Source: Deltaproteobacteria bacterium (lineage in GTDB: Bacteria; Desulfobacterota; Binatia; Binatales; Binataceae). Taken from it: a stretch of 64,000 bases of DNA. This document shows, piece after piece, positions 51,186 through 60,927 of this stretch (position 1 is its first letter; each line of letters opens with the position of its first letter). Made by a program: the position numbers and the translations under genes. The notes beneath the pieces were generated by a model. The model did no database searches, was not told where the DNA came from, and worked only from the letters and a program-made list of their open reading frames with translations. The stretch covers positions 1,229 through 65,228 of the forward strand of contig JAJXZF010000027.1 of the NCBI GenBank assembly GCA_021780225.1, read 5' to 3'.

Positions 51186-52208
51186 ATGCAGTACACCAGG
51201 CTCGGCAATACCGGCATGACCGTCTCGCGCATCTGTCTCGGATGCATGAGTTACGGCGATAAAAAATGGCGCGAATGGACGGTCGGGGCCGACGACGCGC
51301 GCGAGCATTTCAAAATCGCGCTTGAAGCGGGAATCACCTTTTTCGACACCGCCGACGTCTATTCGGCCGGCGTCAGCGAGGAGATCACCGGCCGCTGGCT
51401 GAACGAGATGGCGTCGCGCGACGATATCGTGCTCGCGACCAAAGTGCATGGCGCGATGGCGAAAGGGCCGAACCGGCGCGGCCTCAGCCGCAAACATATC
51501 ATGGAGGCGTGCGAGCACTCGCTGCGCCGGCTCAAGATGGATTACATCGACCTGTATCAGATCCATCGATGGGACTATTCCACGCCGATCGAAGAGACGC
51601 TCGACGCGCTCGATACGCTCGTGCGCCAGGGCAAGGTGCGCTATCTCGGCGCGAGCAGCATGGCGGCGTGGCAGTTCTCGAAGGCGCTCTACACCGCGCG
51701 CGAGCACGGATGGCATCGATTCGTCTCGATGCAGAATCATTACAACCTGGTCTATCGCGAAGAAGAGCGCGAGATGATTCCGCTGTGCATCGAGCAGGGC
51801 GTCGGCGTGATTCCGTGGAGTCCGCTGGCGCGCGGCTTTCTGGCCGGGAATCGGCGGCGCGAGGGCGGAGACGCATCGACGGTGCGCGCCCGGACCGACG
51901 AATTCGCGCGCGGCCTCTACTATCAGGAGCATGATTACGATATCGCCGAAGCGACCGAGAACGTCGCGAAGGCGCGCGGCGTAACGCCCGCGCAAGTCGC
52001 GTGCGCGTGGATCTTGCACGCGCCGGGCGTGACCGCGCCGATTATCGGCGCGACCAAGGCGCATCATCTGAAGGAAATTATCGCGTCAACCGAGATCAAG
52101 TTGACGGCCGAGGAAATAGCGGCGCTGGAGACACCCTACCGGCCGCATCCGGTGCTCGGGCACGAGCAGCCGAAACCGGCGCGGATGCTCGCCGCGCACG
52201 GTGGATGA
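51186..52208 (+). CDS. aldo/keto reductase
   Basis: Starts MQYTRLGNTGMTVSRICLGCMSYG (GAGGAG SD). AKR catalytic tetrad context (DTADVYS...), IPWSPLARG. Confidence 0.85.
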   Translation: MQYTRLGNTGMTVSRICLGCMSYGDKKWREWTVGADDAREHFKIALEAGITFFDTADVYSAGVSEEITGRWLNEMASRDDIVLATKVHGAMAKGPNRRGLSRKHIMEACEHSLRRLKMDYIDLYQIHRWDYSTPIEETLDALDTLVRQGKVRYLGASSMAAWQFSKALYTAREHGWHRFVSMQNHYNLVYREEEREMIPLCIEQGVGVIPWSPLARGFLAGNRRREGGDASTVRARTDEFARGLYYQEHDYDIAEATENVAKARGVTPAQVACAWILHAPGVTAPIIGATKAHHLKEIIASTEIKLTAEEIAALETPYRPHPVLGHEQPKPARMLAAHGG

Positions 52209-52288
52209 TCGAACTGAGAATGGCCTGACGGATAACGGATGATGCGGAGAACGTCACCCTCGGGCTTGACCCGAGGGTCCATCGGTAT

Positions 52289-52475
52289 GGATGGCCGGGT
52301 CAAGCCCGGCCATGACGGGAAAAAAGCCGTGACCGAGACGACGGCTGAACCCTTGGTAGATGTGGCGACCGTCACGGGCCGGTCATGACGGAAAAAGAGC
52401 GTGACCGAAACCAAGGCCGGCAAGTCCTTCTTGAAACCGGCAGGCCCTTCCCGAAGACCGGCAGGTCCTTCGTCT
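52289..52475. repeat. 187-bp direct repeat, copy A (flanks GIY-YIG gene)
   Basis: About 90 % identical to 52863-53049. Begins with hairpin ATGGCCGGG-tcaag-CCCGGCCAT, the same module found inside the MITEs. Contains internal sub-repeat CATGACGG-A-rich-CGTGACCGA. Confidence 0.8.
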
Positions 52476-52837
52476 CAGTCGATCGGCCTTTCATCAGACC
52501 CGCCGCGCATTCCGTCATTCTCGGGCTTGACCCGAGAATCCACAGGCTTATGCCAAGCTGGGGGGCAAAGGTCATCCCAGGACGGATTATCGCGGACGAT
52601 CAGCGCCACCTTCCATGCGCGCGGCCAGTGCTTGAGGTTCCTCTCGCGCTGGATGGCGTCTCGGATGCCGTCGTACCATTCGGCGTGGACTAGGCGTTTC
52701 AGGCCGTAGCGTTTGGTGAAACCCTCGGCCAGCCCTTCACGATGCTCGCATACGCGGCGGACGAGATTGGAAGTCACGCCGACGTACAGCGTCCCGTTGG
52801 GTCGGTTCGTCATGATGTAGACCCATCCGCCTCTCAT
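52475..52837 (-). CDS. GIY-YIG nuclease family protein (small, stand-alone)
   Basis: N-terminal GIY-YIG motif WVYIMTNRPNGTLYVGVTSNLVRRVCEH. The C-terminal tail ...DSRVKPENDGMR is encoded by the hairpin repeat ATTCTCGGG-cttga-CCCGAGAAT. Confidence 0.8.
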   Translation of the reverse strand: MRGGWVYIMTNRPNGTLYVGVTSNLVRRVCEHREGLAEGFTKRYGLKRLVHAEWYDGIRDAIQRERNLKHWPRAWKVALIVRDNPSWDDLCPPAWHKPVDSRVKPENDGMRGGSDERPID

Positions 52838-52862
52838 CGCTTCGACCGAGGTAGCGAAGCGT

Positions 52863-53049
52863 GGATGGCCGGGTCAAGCCCGGCCATGACGGAACAAGGT
52901 CGTGACCGAAACGACGGCTGAACCCTTGGTAGATGTGGCGACCGTCACGGGCCGGTCATGACGGAAAAAGAGCGTGACCGAAACCAAGGCCGGCAAGTCC
53001 TTCTTGAAGCCAGCAGGTCCCTCCCGAAGACCGGCAGGTCCTTCGTCTT
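52863..53049. repeat. 187-bp direct repeat, copy B
   Basis: See copy A. The unique segment between the copies (52476-52862) carries exactly the GIY-YIG gene. Confidence 0.8.
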
Positions 53050-53207
53050 GGTTACGGACGGTCGCGCGATATGCGGAAGGTCTGACCGACGCTGATCATC
53101 AGCGTGTCATGGCCGGGCTGAACCTGGCCATCCACAGCCTTCAGTTAGCGCCCCGCTTCGATTCGCGGCCGGCAGTCCTGCGTATTCGCGCCGCGCGACC
53201 GGTAACG

Positions 53208-55973
53208 TCAAGCGCGGAGCAGTTCGCGCAGGACGTAGGGCAGCACGCCGCCGTGGCGGATATATTCGACGTCTTCCGGCGTATCGACGCGCGCGAGAAC
53301 CTCGAATTCCTTCACCTTGCCGTTCTCTTCGGCGCGCACCGTGAGCGTCTGTTTCGGCTTGAGACCGCCCTTCAAACCCGCGATCGAATAGACCTCGCGG
53401 CCGGTCAGGCCAAGGCTTGCGCGATTCTGTCCGTTGACGAACTCAAGCGCCAGCACGCCCATCCCGACCAGGTTGCTGCGATGGATGCGCTCGAAGCTCT
53501 CGGCGATTACGGCGCGCACGCCCAGTAGTTGCGTGCCCTTCGCCGCCCAGTCACGCGACGAGCCGGAGCCGTATTCCTTCCCGGCGATAATCACGAGCGG
53601 CACGCCCTCTTTCTGATACTGTTCGGCGGCTTCGTAGATGGTCGTTTTCGCGCCGTCCGGCAGATGCGCCGTGACGCCGCCCTCGACGCCCGGCACGAGC
53701 AGGTTTTTAAGCCGGATATTGGCGAAGGTTCCGCGCACCATCACCTCATGATTGCCGCGGCGCGCGCCGTAGGAATTAAAGTCTTTGGGCTGCACGCCGT
53801 TGGCGACCAGATAGCGGCCGGCGGGGCTGTCGGTCGCGATCGAGCCGGCGGGCGAGATGTGGTCGGTGGTGACGCTGTCGCCGAGCACCGCGAGCGCGCG
53901 GGCGCCGGCGAGATCGCCGAGCGGCGCGGGCGTTGGGCCGACGCCGTCGAAGAACGGCGGCGCTTTCACGTATGACGAATCGTCGGACCATTTGAACAGG
54001 TCGCCGTCGGGAATCTTGAGGCCGCGCCAGCGCTCGTCGCCGTCGAAGACCTGACCGTACTCCGCGCGGAACATCGCGGAATCGACGGAGGCCGCGATGG
54101 CGGCGTCGATTTCTTCGGCGGCCGGCCAGATCTCGCGCAGATAAACCGGGTTTCCCCTGGAATCGCGCGCCAGCGGCTCGACGTTGGGATCGAAGTCGAT
54201 CGTGCCGGCGATCGCGTAGGCGACCACCAGCGGCGGCGAAGCGAGATAGTTGAAACGGACGACCGGGTTGATGCGCCCTTCAAAATTGCGATTTCCGCTC
54301 AGGATCGCGGCGGCGACCAGATTACCCTGCTTGACCGCGCCGGCGATCGGCTCGGCGACCGGACCGCTGTTGCCGATACAGGTGGTGCATCCGTAGCCCA
54401 CCAGGTTGAAGCGCAGCTTTTCGAGGTAGTCCATCAGGCCGGCGCGCTTGAGATAGGCGGTGACGACCTTCGAGCCGGGCGCGAGGCTGGTCTTGACCCA
54501 CGGCTTGACGGTCAGGCCGCGCTCGACCGCTTTCTTCGCGAGCAGGCCTGCGCCGATCAGCACGGACGGATTTGAAGTGTTGGTGCAACTGGTGATCGCG
54601 GCGATTACGATCGCGCCGTGGCCGAGCGGAAATTTTTCGCCCTCCATCGCGACTTCGACCCGCGTCGCGATCGGCCCGGTTTCGGGCGGCGCCACGCGCT
54701 CGTGCGGAGCGACCTGCGGATTTCCGCCCTCGGCGACCCAGCGCTCGATCACCTTTTTATCGACGGAATCGTGATTGGCGACCTCTTTCGCCAGATCGGA
54801 CCGGAAAACGCGCTTCGAGCCGGCGAGCGCGATCCGATCCTGCGGCCGGCGCGGGCCGGCCAGGCTCGGCTCGACGTCGCGCAGATTCAGTTCGAGCGTG
54901 TCGGTGAAAATCGGTTCTGGCGATGCGGCGGTGCGGAACAGTCCCTGCGCCTTGCAATAGGCTTCGACCAGGCCAACCTGCTCCTCCGAGCGTCCGGTCA
55001 GGCGCAGGTAGGCCAGAGTCTGATCATCGACCGGGAAGAAGCCGATCGTGGCGCCGTATTCGGGCGACATGTTGCCGATCGTGGCGCGGTCGGCGACGCT
55101 CAGATGGGCGATTCCGTCGCCGTAAAACTCGACGAACTTGTTGACCACGCCCTGCTTGCGCAGCATCTGGGTGACGGTCAGGACGAGGTCGGTGGCGGTG
55201 GCGCCGGGACGCAGCGCGCCCGTCAGGCGCATCCCGACGACCTGCGGAATCAGCATCGGGCTGGAGCGGCCGAGCATCGCGACCTCGGCCTCGATCCCGC
55301 CGACGCCCCATCCGACGACGCCGAGTCCGTTGACCATCGTGGTATGCGAGTCGGTGCCGAAGACGCTGTCGGGATAGGCTTCGCCGGCGGCGGAGACGAA
55401 GACGACGGGGGCGAGATATTCGAGATTCACCTGATGGACGATGCCGGTGTCGGGCGGCACGACGCGGAAATTGTCGAACGCGCGCTGGCCCCAGCGCAGG
55501 AACTGGTAGCGCTCTTGATTGCGCTCGAATTCGAGTTCGGCGTTGCGGGCGAAGGAAGCGGGCAGGCCGTAGGAATCGACCTGCACGGAATGGTCGATCA
55601 CGAGATCGGCGGGTTGCAGCGGGTTGATGCGGGCGGGATCGCCGCCGAGGCGGCGAATCGCGTCGCGCATCACGGCAAGGTCGGCGACGACCGGCACGCC
55701 GGTGAAATCCTGCAAGAGAACGCGGGCGGGCATGAAGGAAAATTCGCGATCGCCGCCGCGCGCGCCGTTCCATCGCGCGAGCGCCTCGACATGCTCGGCG
55801 GTGACGTTGGCGCCGTCCTCGCGGCGGAGCACGTTTTCGAGCAGGACTTTGATCGAAAACGGCAGACGAGACAAATCGAAGCCGCGCTTCGCGAGCGCTT
55901 CGAGCGAGTGGATAACGTGGCTCTTCGAGCCGGCGTTGAGAGTTGCGCGGGTGCTGAAAGTATCTTTGCTCAT
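53208..55973 (-). CDS. acnA: aconitate hydratase A
   Basis: Start at MSKDTFSTRATL. About 920 aa with aconitase family Fe-S ligand region (..SCTNTSNP.., ..CTTCIGNSG..) and swivel domain. Confidence 0.95.
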   Translation of the reverse strand: MSKDTFSTRATLNAGSKSHVIHSLEALAKRGFDLSRLPFSIKVLLENVLRREDGANVTAEHVEALARWNGARGGDREFSFMPARVLLQDFTGVPVVADLAVMRDAIRRLGGDPARINPLQPADLVIDHSVQVDSYGLPASFARNAELEFERNQERYQFLRWGQRAFDNFRVVPPDTGIVHQVNLEYLAPVVFVSAAGEAYPDSVFGTDSHTTMVNGLGVVGWGVGGIEAEVAMLGRSSPMLIPQVVGMRLTGALRPGATATDLVLTVTQMLRKQGVVNKFVEFYGDGIAHLSVADRATIGNMSPEYGATIGFFPVDDQTLAYLRLTGRSEEQVGLVEAYCKAQGLFRTAASPEPIFTDTLELNLRDVEPSLAGPRRPQDRIALAGSKRVFRSDLAKEVANHDSVDKKVIERWVAEGGNPQVAPHERVAPPETGPIATRVEVAMEGEKFPLGHGAIVIAAITSCTNTSNPSVLIGAGLLAKKAVERGLTVKPWVKTSLAPGSKVVTAYLKRAGLMDYLEKLRFNLVGYGCTTCIGNSGPVAEPIAGAVKQGNLVAAAILSGNRNFEGRINPVVRFNYLASPPLVVAYAIAGTIDFDPNVEPLARDSRGNPVYLREIWPAAEEIDAAIAASVDSAMFRAEYGQVFDGDERWRGLKIPDGDLFKWSDDSSYVKAPPFFDGVGPTPAPLGDLAGARALAVLGDSVTTDHISPAGSIATDSPAGRYLVANGVQPKDFNSYGARRGNHEVMVRGTFANIRLKNLLVPGVEGGVTAHLPDGAKTTIYEAAEQYQKEGVPLVIIAGKEYGSGSSRDWAAKGTQLLGVRAVIAESFERIHRSNLVGMGVLALEFVNGQNRASLGLTGREVYSIAGLKGGLKPKQTLTVRAEENGKVKEFEVLARVDTPEDVEYIRHGGVLPYVLRELLRA

Positions 55974-56089
55974 CTGATTCGACCGTTTCCGATTAAAAAT
56001 CCAATTGTCGCTGGCGCGCGGCGTCCGCCGAATCACCAGAATAGCCTTTGCCGGCCAGACGGGAAAACCGCGCGCGGCGCGCCGCCCGG

Positions 56090-56560
56090 TCAGGGCAATT
56101 CGCGCAGCAGATGGCCGTTGCTGTCGTAAAAATCGAGGGCGGAATCGCCGGAGCTGTCGACGCCGAGGAGCGTGCGCTGGCGGCCGTGCGAATCGAAGAG
56201 GCGCACCGAGGGAATATTGTCGCTGGTGACGCCGATAATCACGCGCGTGGCGCCGGCGTCGTCGGCGAGGAGCAGGCCGAGATTCTGTTCCTTGCCGAAA
56301 CCGATCGCGGCGCGGGTTTTGCCGAAGTCGTCGTACATCTGAAAGATCGGCATCATGTCATGATCGAGCCGCAACGCGGCGTGAGTACGGCCGTGCGCGT
56401 CGACCAGCAGAATCTCCTGGGCGGCGACGGACTTGGGCGGCGCATCCGCGGCGAGCGCGAGGCGCGGCGCGGCGAATCGGCCGCTGATCGCGCCGCCGAT
56501 CAATCCGCCAACCAGCGCAACCGCCAGATAAATCCATTTTCCGCCCGTGGTATTTGCCAT
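56090..56560 (-). CDS. membrane-anchored hypothetical protein with four short internal repeats
   Basis: N-terminal TM helix (WIYLAVALVGGLIGGAISG), then about 25-aa repeats of pattern [LF][LVFY]D.HG+.+..LG.D. Confidence 0.45.
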   Translation of the reverse strand: MANTTGGKWIYLAVALVGGLIGGAISGRFAAPRLALAADAPPKSVAAQEILLVDAHGRTHAALRLDHDMMPIFQMYDDFGKTRAAIGFGKEQNLGLLLADDAGATRVIIGVTSDNIPSVRLFDSHGRQRTLLGVDSSGDSALDFYDSNGHLLRELP

Positions 56561-56688
56561 CGAAACGTCCCTCCGTGCGGGCAGGCGGGAAAAGTCGTCC
56601 CGAGCCGTAAGCGGACGGGCGCCGGCCTCGCGCGAGCATCAAATTACCGGCCCTGCGCGCGGCGCAAAAGCAGGCAGGCGGCGCGCGG

Positions 56689-57141
56689 TCAGGCTGGCGG
56701 CGGGCGCATCGCGTAGATCCGCGTCAACGCAACTTCGATTTCGACGACCTGCCGTGGCCTGCCGCTGCGGCCCGGCCGGGCCGGACGCAGGCTGTTCGGG
56801 ACTTCGCGGGCGCGGCCGTAAACGATCGCCGCGGCGCCGTCGGCGCTCCAGGCGGTAAACGCCACGCGCGGATTTCGCGCGAGGTCGGCGCGCCGCACGG
56901 TATTGTCGTAAACGACCAGCCTGAGCGTCGTCCCGGAGAGCGTGGCGTGGACCGGCGCAAGATGGGGCTGCCCGGCCGCGCCGACGGTCGCCATCGCGAC
57001 CAGCTTTACGCCGCGCCAGAACTCGACGAATTCCGCGGCCGTCATCTGGCGCGGGGGATAGCCTACCGAGTCGCCGACGGCGGGCGTCGCGGTCGCGGCG
57101 CTGCGATCGAGGAGACGCTGCAGCGATTCAAGTTCATCCAT
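56689..57141 (-). CDS. pyridoxamine-5'-phosphate-oxidase-like FMN-binding split-barrel protein (tentative)
   Basis: About 150 aa. Pattern ...VKLVAMATVGAAGQPHLAPVHATLSGTTLRLVVYDNTVRRADLARNPRVAF resembles PNPOx/general-stress-26 family. Confidence 0.4.
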   Translation of the reverse strand: MDELESLQRLLDRSAATATPAVGDSVGYPPRQMTAAEFVEFWRGVKLVAMATVGAAGQPHLAPVHATLSGTTLRLVVYDNTVRRADLARNPRVAFTAWSADGAAAIVYGRAREVPNSLRPARPGRSGRPRQVVEIEVALTRIYAMRPPPA

Positions 57142-57166
57142 TACTTTAGATTCTTCGGCGGGAAAA

Positions 57167-58210
57167 TCATCTCGTCTCCGGCTCGCGGCGCGCCGCCATG
57201 ACGATCCGATCGGCGCGCTGATGACGTTTGAAAACCCTTAGCAGGTATCCGTATGACGGGAGAAGGATCACAGCGCCGGCGGCGAGCGCCGAGGCGAGGA
57301 TCGCGAGCGTGCGCGGCGGCGCCGCGGCGTTGAAAATAGTCAGGTCGGGTGCGAGCAGGTAGGGATATTGCGCCAGCGCCCATCCCCAGAGAATCAAAGC
57401 GACCTGCGCCGCCGCGCAGATTCGCGCGAGCGCAAAGCGGCGCATCCATAACGCCCAAAGCGCGGCCAGCGCGGCGACGGTGGTCAGCCAGAAGATCGGC
57501 CAAGTCCAGACGCGACGGGTCAAGCCGTTCCAGATGAGCGGCGCGCCGTTGATCGAGAGAAGGAGAATCGCGCCGGCGATCAGTCCGACGATTATCGACG
57601 AAACCATCGCGCGGATGCGGAAGTCCGCCGCGAGCGCCGGGTCCGCCGCTTCCGCCGCCGCGTATACCGCGGCCAAATAGGCGAACATCGCGAGCGCGAG
57701 GAGACCGACGCCGAAGCAGAAAGGCGTCATCCATGGCGTTATAAAATCGCTCAGGCGAGCAGGATTCGCCGGCGTCCGGCCCGCCGCGATTGCGCCAATA
57801 ATCACGCCGAGCAGCAATGGCGTGATCAGCGACGCAATCGCGAACATCCGGCCCCAGCGCCGGCGCGCACGATCGTCGCCCAATCCGTAGCCGCGGAAAC
57901 TGAAGGCCGAGCCGCGCATCACCACGCCGATCAGCATCAGCGTGACCGGCACGTGCATCGCGGTCATGATCCGGGCGAAAGCGGCGGGAAAGCCGTTGAA
58001 GAGAATCACCACGGCCAGGATCAGCCAGACGTGATCGGCCTCCCACACCGGGCCGATCGCATGGGTGAGCAATTCGCGCTGCGCGTCGGCCCGCGTTCCG
58101 ATCGCGAAGAGGTCCCAGACGCCGCTGCCATAATCCGCGCCGCCCGTCAGCACATACAATGTCAGATTCGCCAGCAGCGCTCCGGCGACGAGCCATAACG
58201 CGAGATGCAT
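57167..58210 (-). CDS. cydB: cytochrome bd ubiquinol oxidase subunit II
   Basis: Start at MHLALWLVAGALL (GGAGGG SD, 2 nt after cydA stop). Polytopic membrane protein with CydB-like N-terminus (...GADYGSGVWDLF...). Confidence 0.85.
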   Translation of the reverse strand: MHLALWLVAGALLANLTLYVLTGGADYGSGVWDLFAIGTRADAQRELLTHAIGPVWEADHVWLILAVVILFNGFPAAFARIMTAMHVPVTLMLIGVVMRGSAFSFRGYGLGDDRARRRWGRMFAIASLITPLLLGVIIGAIAAGRTPANPARLSDFITPWMTPFCFGVGLLALAMFAYLAAVYAAAEAADPALAADFRIRAMVSSIIVGLIAGAILLLSINGAPLIWNGLTRRVWTWPIFWLTTVAALAALWALWMRRFALARICAAAQVALILWGWALAQYPYLLAPDLTIFNAAAPPRTLAILASALAAGAVILLPSYGYLLRVFKRHQRADRIVMAARREPETR

Positions 58211-58212
58211 CG

Positions 58213-59547
58213 TCACCCTCCGCTCGCCATCAGCGCTACTATCTCTTCGCTGGTAGGACTTTCGAGCACCTGCCGCCACATCAGGAACGCCACCGTCACG
58301 CCAAGAAACAGATAGAGCAGGGAGTAGAGCGCGAACGTGATATCGAGGCCGGGCATCGGCGTGACCGCATCCGCCGTCCGCATCACGCCATAAATAATCC
58401 ACGGCTGGCGGCCGACTTCCGTTACCACCCAGCCCGCTTCGACGGCGATAAGGCCGAGCGGCGTCGCGAGCATGAGCGTTCGCATAAACCATGGCGAGGC
58501 GAAAATTCCGCGCCCGCGCAACCACAGCCAGAAACCCCAGAGCGCGATCCCGGCCATCGCGAAGCCCGCGCCCACCATGATTTGAAAGGCGAGATGCACG
58601 GCGATCAGCGGACGCGGCCAGTTCTTTTCAGGAAACGAATCCAGCCCGCGCATCACCGCGTCCGGATTATGGTAGGTCATGACGCTCAGCATCGAGGGCA
58701 GCTCGATCGCGTAGCGCAGCCGCCGCGCTTTGAGGTCGGGGATGCCGCCGATCGCGAGCGGAGCATGCGGCCCGGTTTGGAACAATCCTTCGAACGCGGC
58801 GATCTTGACCGGTTGGAGGCGCGCGACGGCACGCGCCGACGCATCGCCGCTGATCGGCTGCAACAATGCGGCGATCGCGCCGATCGTAAATGCGATCGCG
58901 ATCGCGCGGCGATGGAAAAGATTATCGCGATCGCGCAGCCACATCGCGGCATGTATCCCGGCGACGACGAAGCCGGTGGCGCAATACGCCGCTATCGTCA
59001 TGTGAACGGTCTCGTGCAGCGCGGCGGGATTGGTCAGCGTGGCGATCGGATTAATCTCCTCCGGACGGCCATTGACGAGCCGGAAACCGACCGGCGTGTT
59101 CATCCAGGAGTTCACGATCACGACAAAGACGCCGGAGATAACGCCGGAGGCGGCGACGATCGCGCCCGCCGCCAGATGGGCTCGCGGCGAAACGCGATCC
59201 CATCCGTACATGTAGATGCCGAGGAAAATCGCTTCGGTGAAAAAAGCGAATCCTTCCAGCGAAAACGGCATGCCGATAATCGCGCCCGCCCAGCGCATGA
59301 AATTCGGCCAGAGCAGACCCAGCTCGAAGGAGAGAACCGTTCCGGAAACCGCGCCGACCGCGAACATGATTGCGGCGCCGATCGACCATCTTCGCGCCAA
59401 CAGCAAATCCACTTCGTCGCCCGTTCGCAGATAACGCCATTCGGCCACGACCATCATCAGCGGCATCGCGATACCCACGCAGGCGAAAACGATATGGAAG
59501 GCGAGCGACATCGCCATCTGAGAACGGGCTGCAATCAGATGCGTCAT
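58213..59547 (-). CDS. cydA: cytochrome bd ubiquinol oxidase subunit I
   Basis: 444 aa. CydA signatures (Q-loop region, ...GWVVTEVGRQPW..., haem ligands). Confidence 0.9.
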   Translation of the reverse strand: MTHLIAARSQMAMSLAFHIVFACVGIAMPLMMVVAEWRYLRTGDEVDLLLARRWSIGAAIMFAVGAVSGTVLSFELGLLWPNFMRWAGAIIGMPFSLEGFAFFTEAIFLGIYMYGWDRVSPRAHLAAGAIVAASGVISGVFVVIVNSWMNTPVGFRLVNGRPEEINPIATLTNPAALHETVHMTIAAYCATGFVVAGIHAAMWLRDRDNLFHRRAIAIAFTIGAIAALLQPISGDASARAVARLQPVKIAAFEGLFQTGPHAPLAIGGIPDLKARRLRYAIELPSMLSVMTYHNPDAVMRGLDSFPEKNWPRPLIAVHLAFQIMVGAGFAMAGIALWGFWLWLRGRGIFASPWFMRTLMLATPLGLIAVEAGWVVTEVGRQPWIIYGVMRTADAVTPMPGLDITFALYSLLYLFLGVTVAFLMWRQVLESPTSEEIVALMASGG

Positions 59548-59660
59548 TTAGTCACGGGGGCGAGACGGAAGTGGCGCCGCTTCGCATCACGATAAATCCG
59601 AATCCGCGTTCCATCAACCGCGCCAGCGCGATTGACCACTACGGACCGCCGTCGCCCAGC

Positions 59661-60848
59661 TCAGGTTGCGATGCGCAACAGCCGTTCGACGGCGCGGGCG
59701 ATTTGAAATTCCTCGTCCAGCGGTATGACCCACAAATCCACGGCGCCTCCGTTCGCGCCGAAGCGCGCTTCGCGGCCGTTCGCCGCCGCATTGCGCGGGG
59801 CGTCAAAAACGACGCCGAGAGCGCCAAGGCCCGCGCAGATTCGTTCACGGACGGCGGCCGAATTTTCGCCGATGCCACCGCCGAAAATAATCGCGTCGGC
59901 GCGGCCGAGCGCGGCGAGATAGGCGCCGATATATTTGCGCGCGCGATAGCAAAACATCCCGATCGCCAGTGCGGCGTCCGCATTCGACGCGGCTTCGCGC
60001 TCGAGTTCGCGCATGTCGCCGCTCAATCCGGAGACGCCGCGCAACCCCGAGTCGTGATTCAGGATTCGTTCGACTTCGGCCGCCGAATTTTTTTCCGCAC
60101 CGGCGAGATAGCTCACGATCGCGGGATCCAGATCTCCGGAACGCGTCGCCATCATCAGGCCTTCCAGCGGCGTCAGGCCCATCGACGTATCGACGGAACG
60201 TCCCGCCTTAATCGCGGCGATCGAGCATCCGGCGCCGAGTTGCAAGGTGATCAAATCGAGATCGTGCGGCGATTTCCCGATGATTTCCGCGTACCGATCG
60301 CGCATCCACGAATGGCCGACGCCGTGGAATCCGTAGCGGCGAATTTGATGACGCTCCGCCAAGGCGCGCGGAATCGCGTAGCTGCGCGCGTGCGCCGGAA
60401 TCGTGCCGTGGAACGACGTATCGGCGACGACGATCGACGGCGCCTGCGGAAATCTGGCGCGCACCGCCTTCAGCGTGTCGATCGCCGGCGGATTATGCAG
60501 CGGCGCGAAACGCGACGCCGCTTCAAGCGCCGCGATCACGCCGTCGTCGGCGAGCGCCGGCCCTTGCACGGATTCGCCGCCATGGACGATTCGATGCGCG
60601 ATCGCGTCGGGAGACGGCGCGCCCGCATCGCGCAGCCAATCGAGCGCGCGCAGCGCGGCCTCACGATGAGTTCCGACGGCGATCGCGGCGTCGAACCTGG
60701 GACCGTCCGCCGCGGCCATCGAAGCGCGCGCGTCGGGACCGATTTCCTGAAATACGCCGCGCGCCAAGCGCCGCCGTTCGCCGCTCGCGATTTCGAGCAT
60801 CTCGAACTTGAGCGAGGAGCTGCCGCAGTTGAATACCAGGATTCGCAT
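59661..60848 (-). CDS. ackA: acetate kinase
   Basis: 395 aa: MRILVFNCGSSSLKFEM..., ...IVHGG..., ...RYGFHGVGH..., ...IIFGGGIGENS. No adjacent pta. Confidence 0.9.
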   Translation of the reverse strand: MRILVFNCGSSSLKFEMLEIASGERRRLARGVFQEIGPDARASMAAADGPRFDAAIAVGTHREAALRALDWLRDAGAPSPDAIAHRIVHGGESVQGPALADDGVIAALEAASRFAPLHNPPAIDTLKAVRARFPQAPSIVVADTSFHGTIPAHARSYAIPRALAERHQIRRYGFHGVGHSWMRDRYAEIIGKSPHDLDLITLQLGAGCSIAAIKAGRSVDTSMGLTPLEGLMMATRSGDLDPAIVSYLAGAEKNSAAEVERILNHDSGLRGVSGLSGDMRELEREAASNADAALAIGMFCYRARKYIGAYLAALGRADAIIFGGGIGENSAAVRERICAGLGALGVVFDAPRNAAANGREARFGANGGAVDLWVIPLDEEFQIARAVERLLRIAT

Positions 60849-60927
60849 CGGGCGCGCGCGACTTGCCGGGGTCGCGCTCTGAATACGCTAACCTGTCGCG
60901 GATGCGGAGGCTAATCGCCGCGCGAAG

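Noticed and set aside
52287-53050. Possible CRISPR array
   Set aside because: Only two repeat copies, 187 bp long and 574 bp apart with a gene between them. No short regular spacers and no cas genes.
52401-53528. Two plus-strand ORFs beginning with identical peptide MTETKAGKSFLKPAGPSRRPAGPSS
   Set aside because: The identical N-termini come from reading through the two 187-bp direct repeats. They are repeat-derived artefacts, not paralogous genes.
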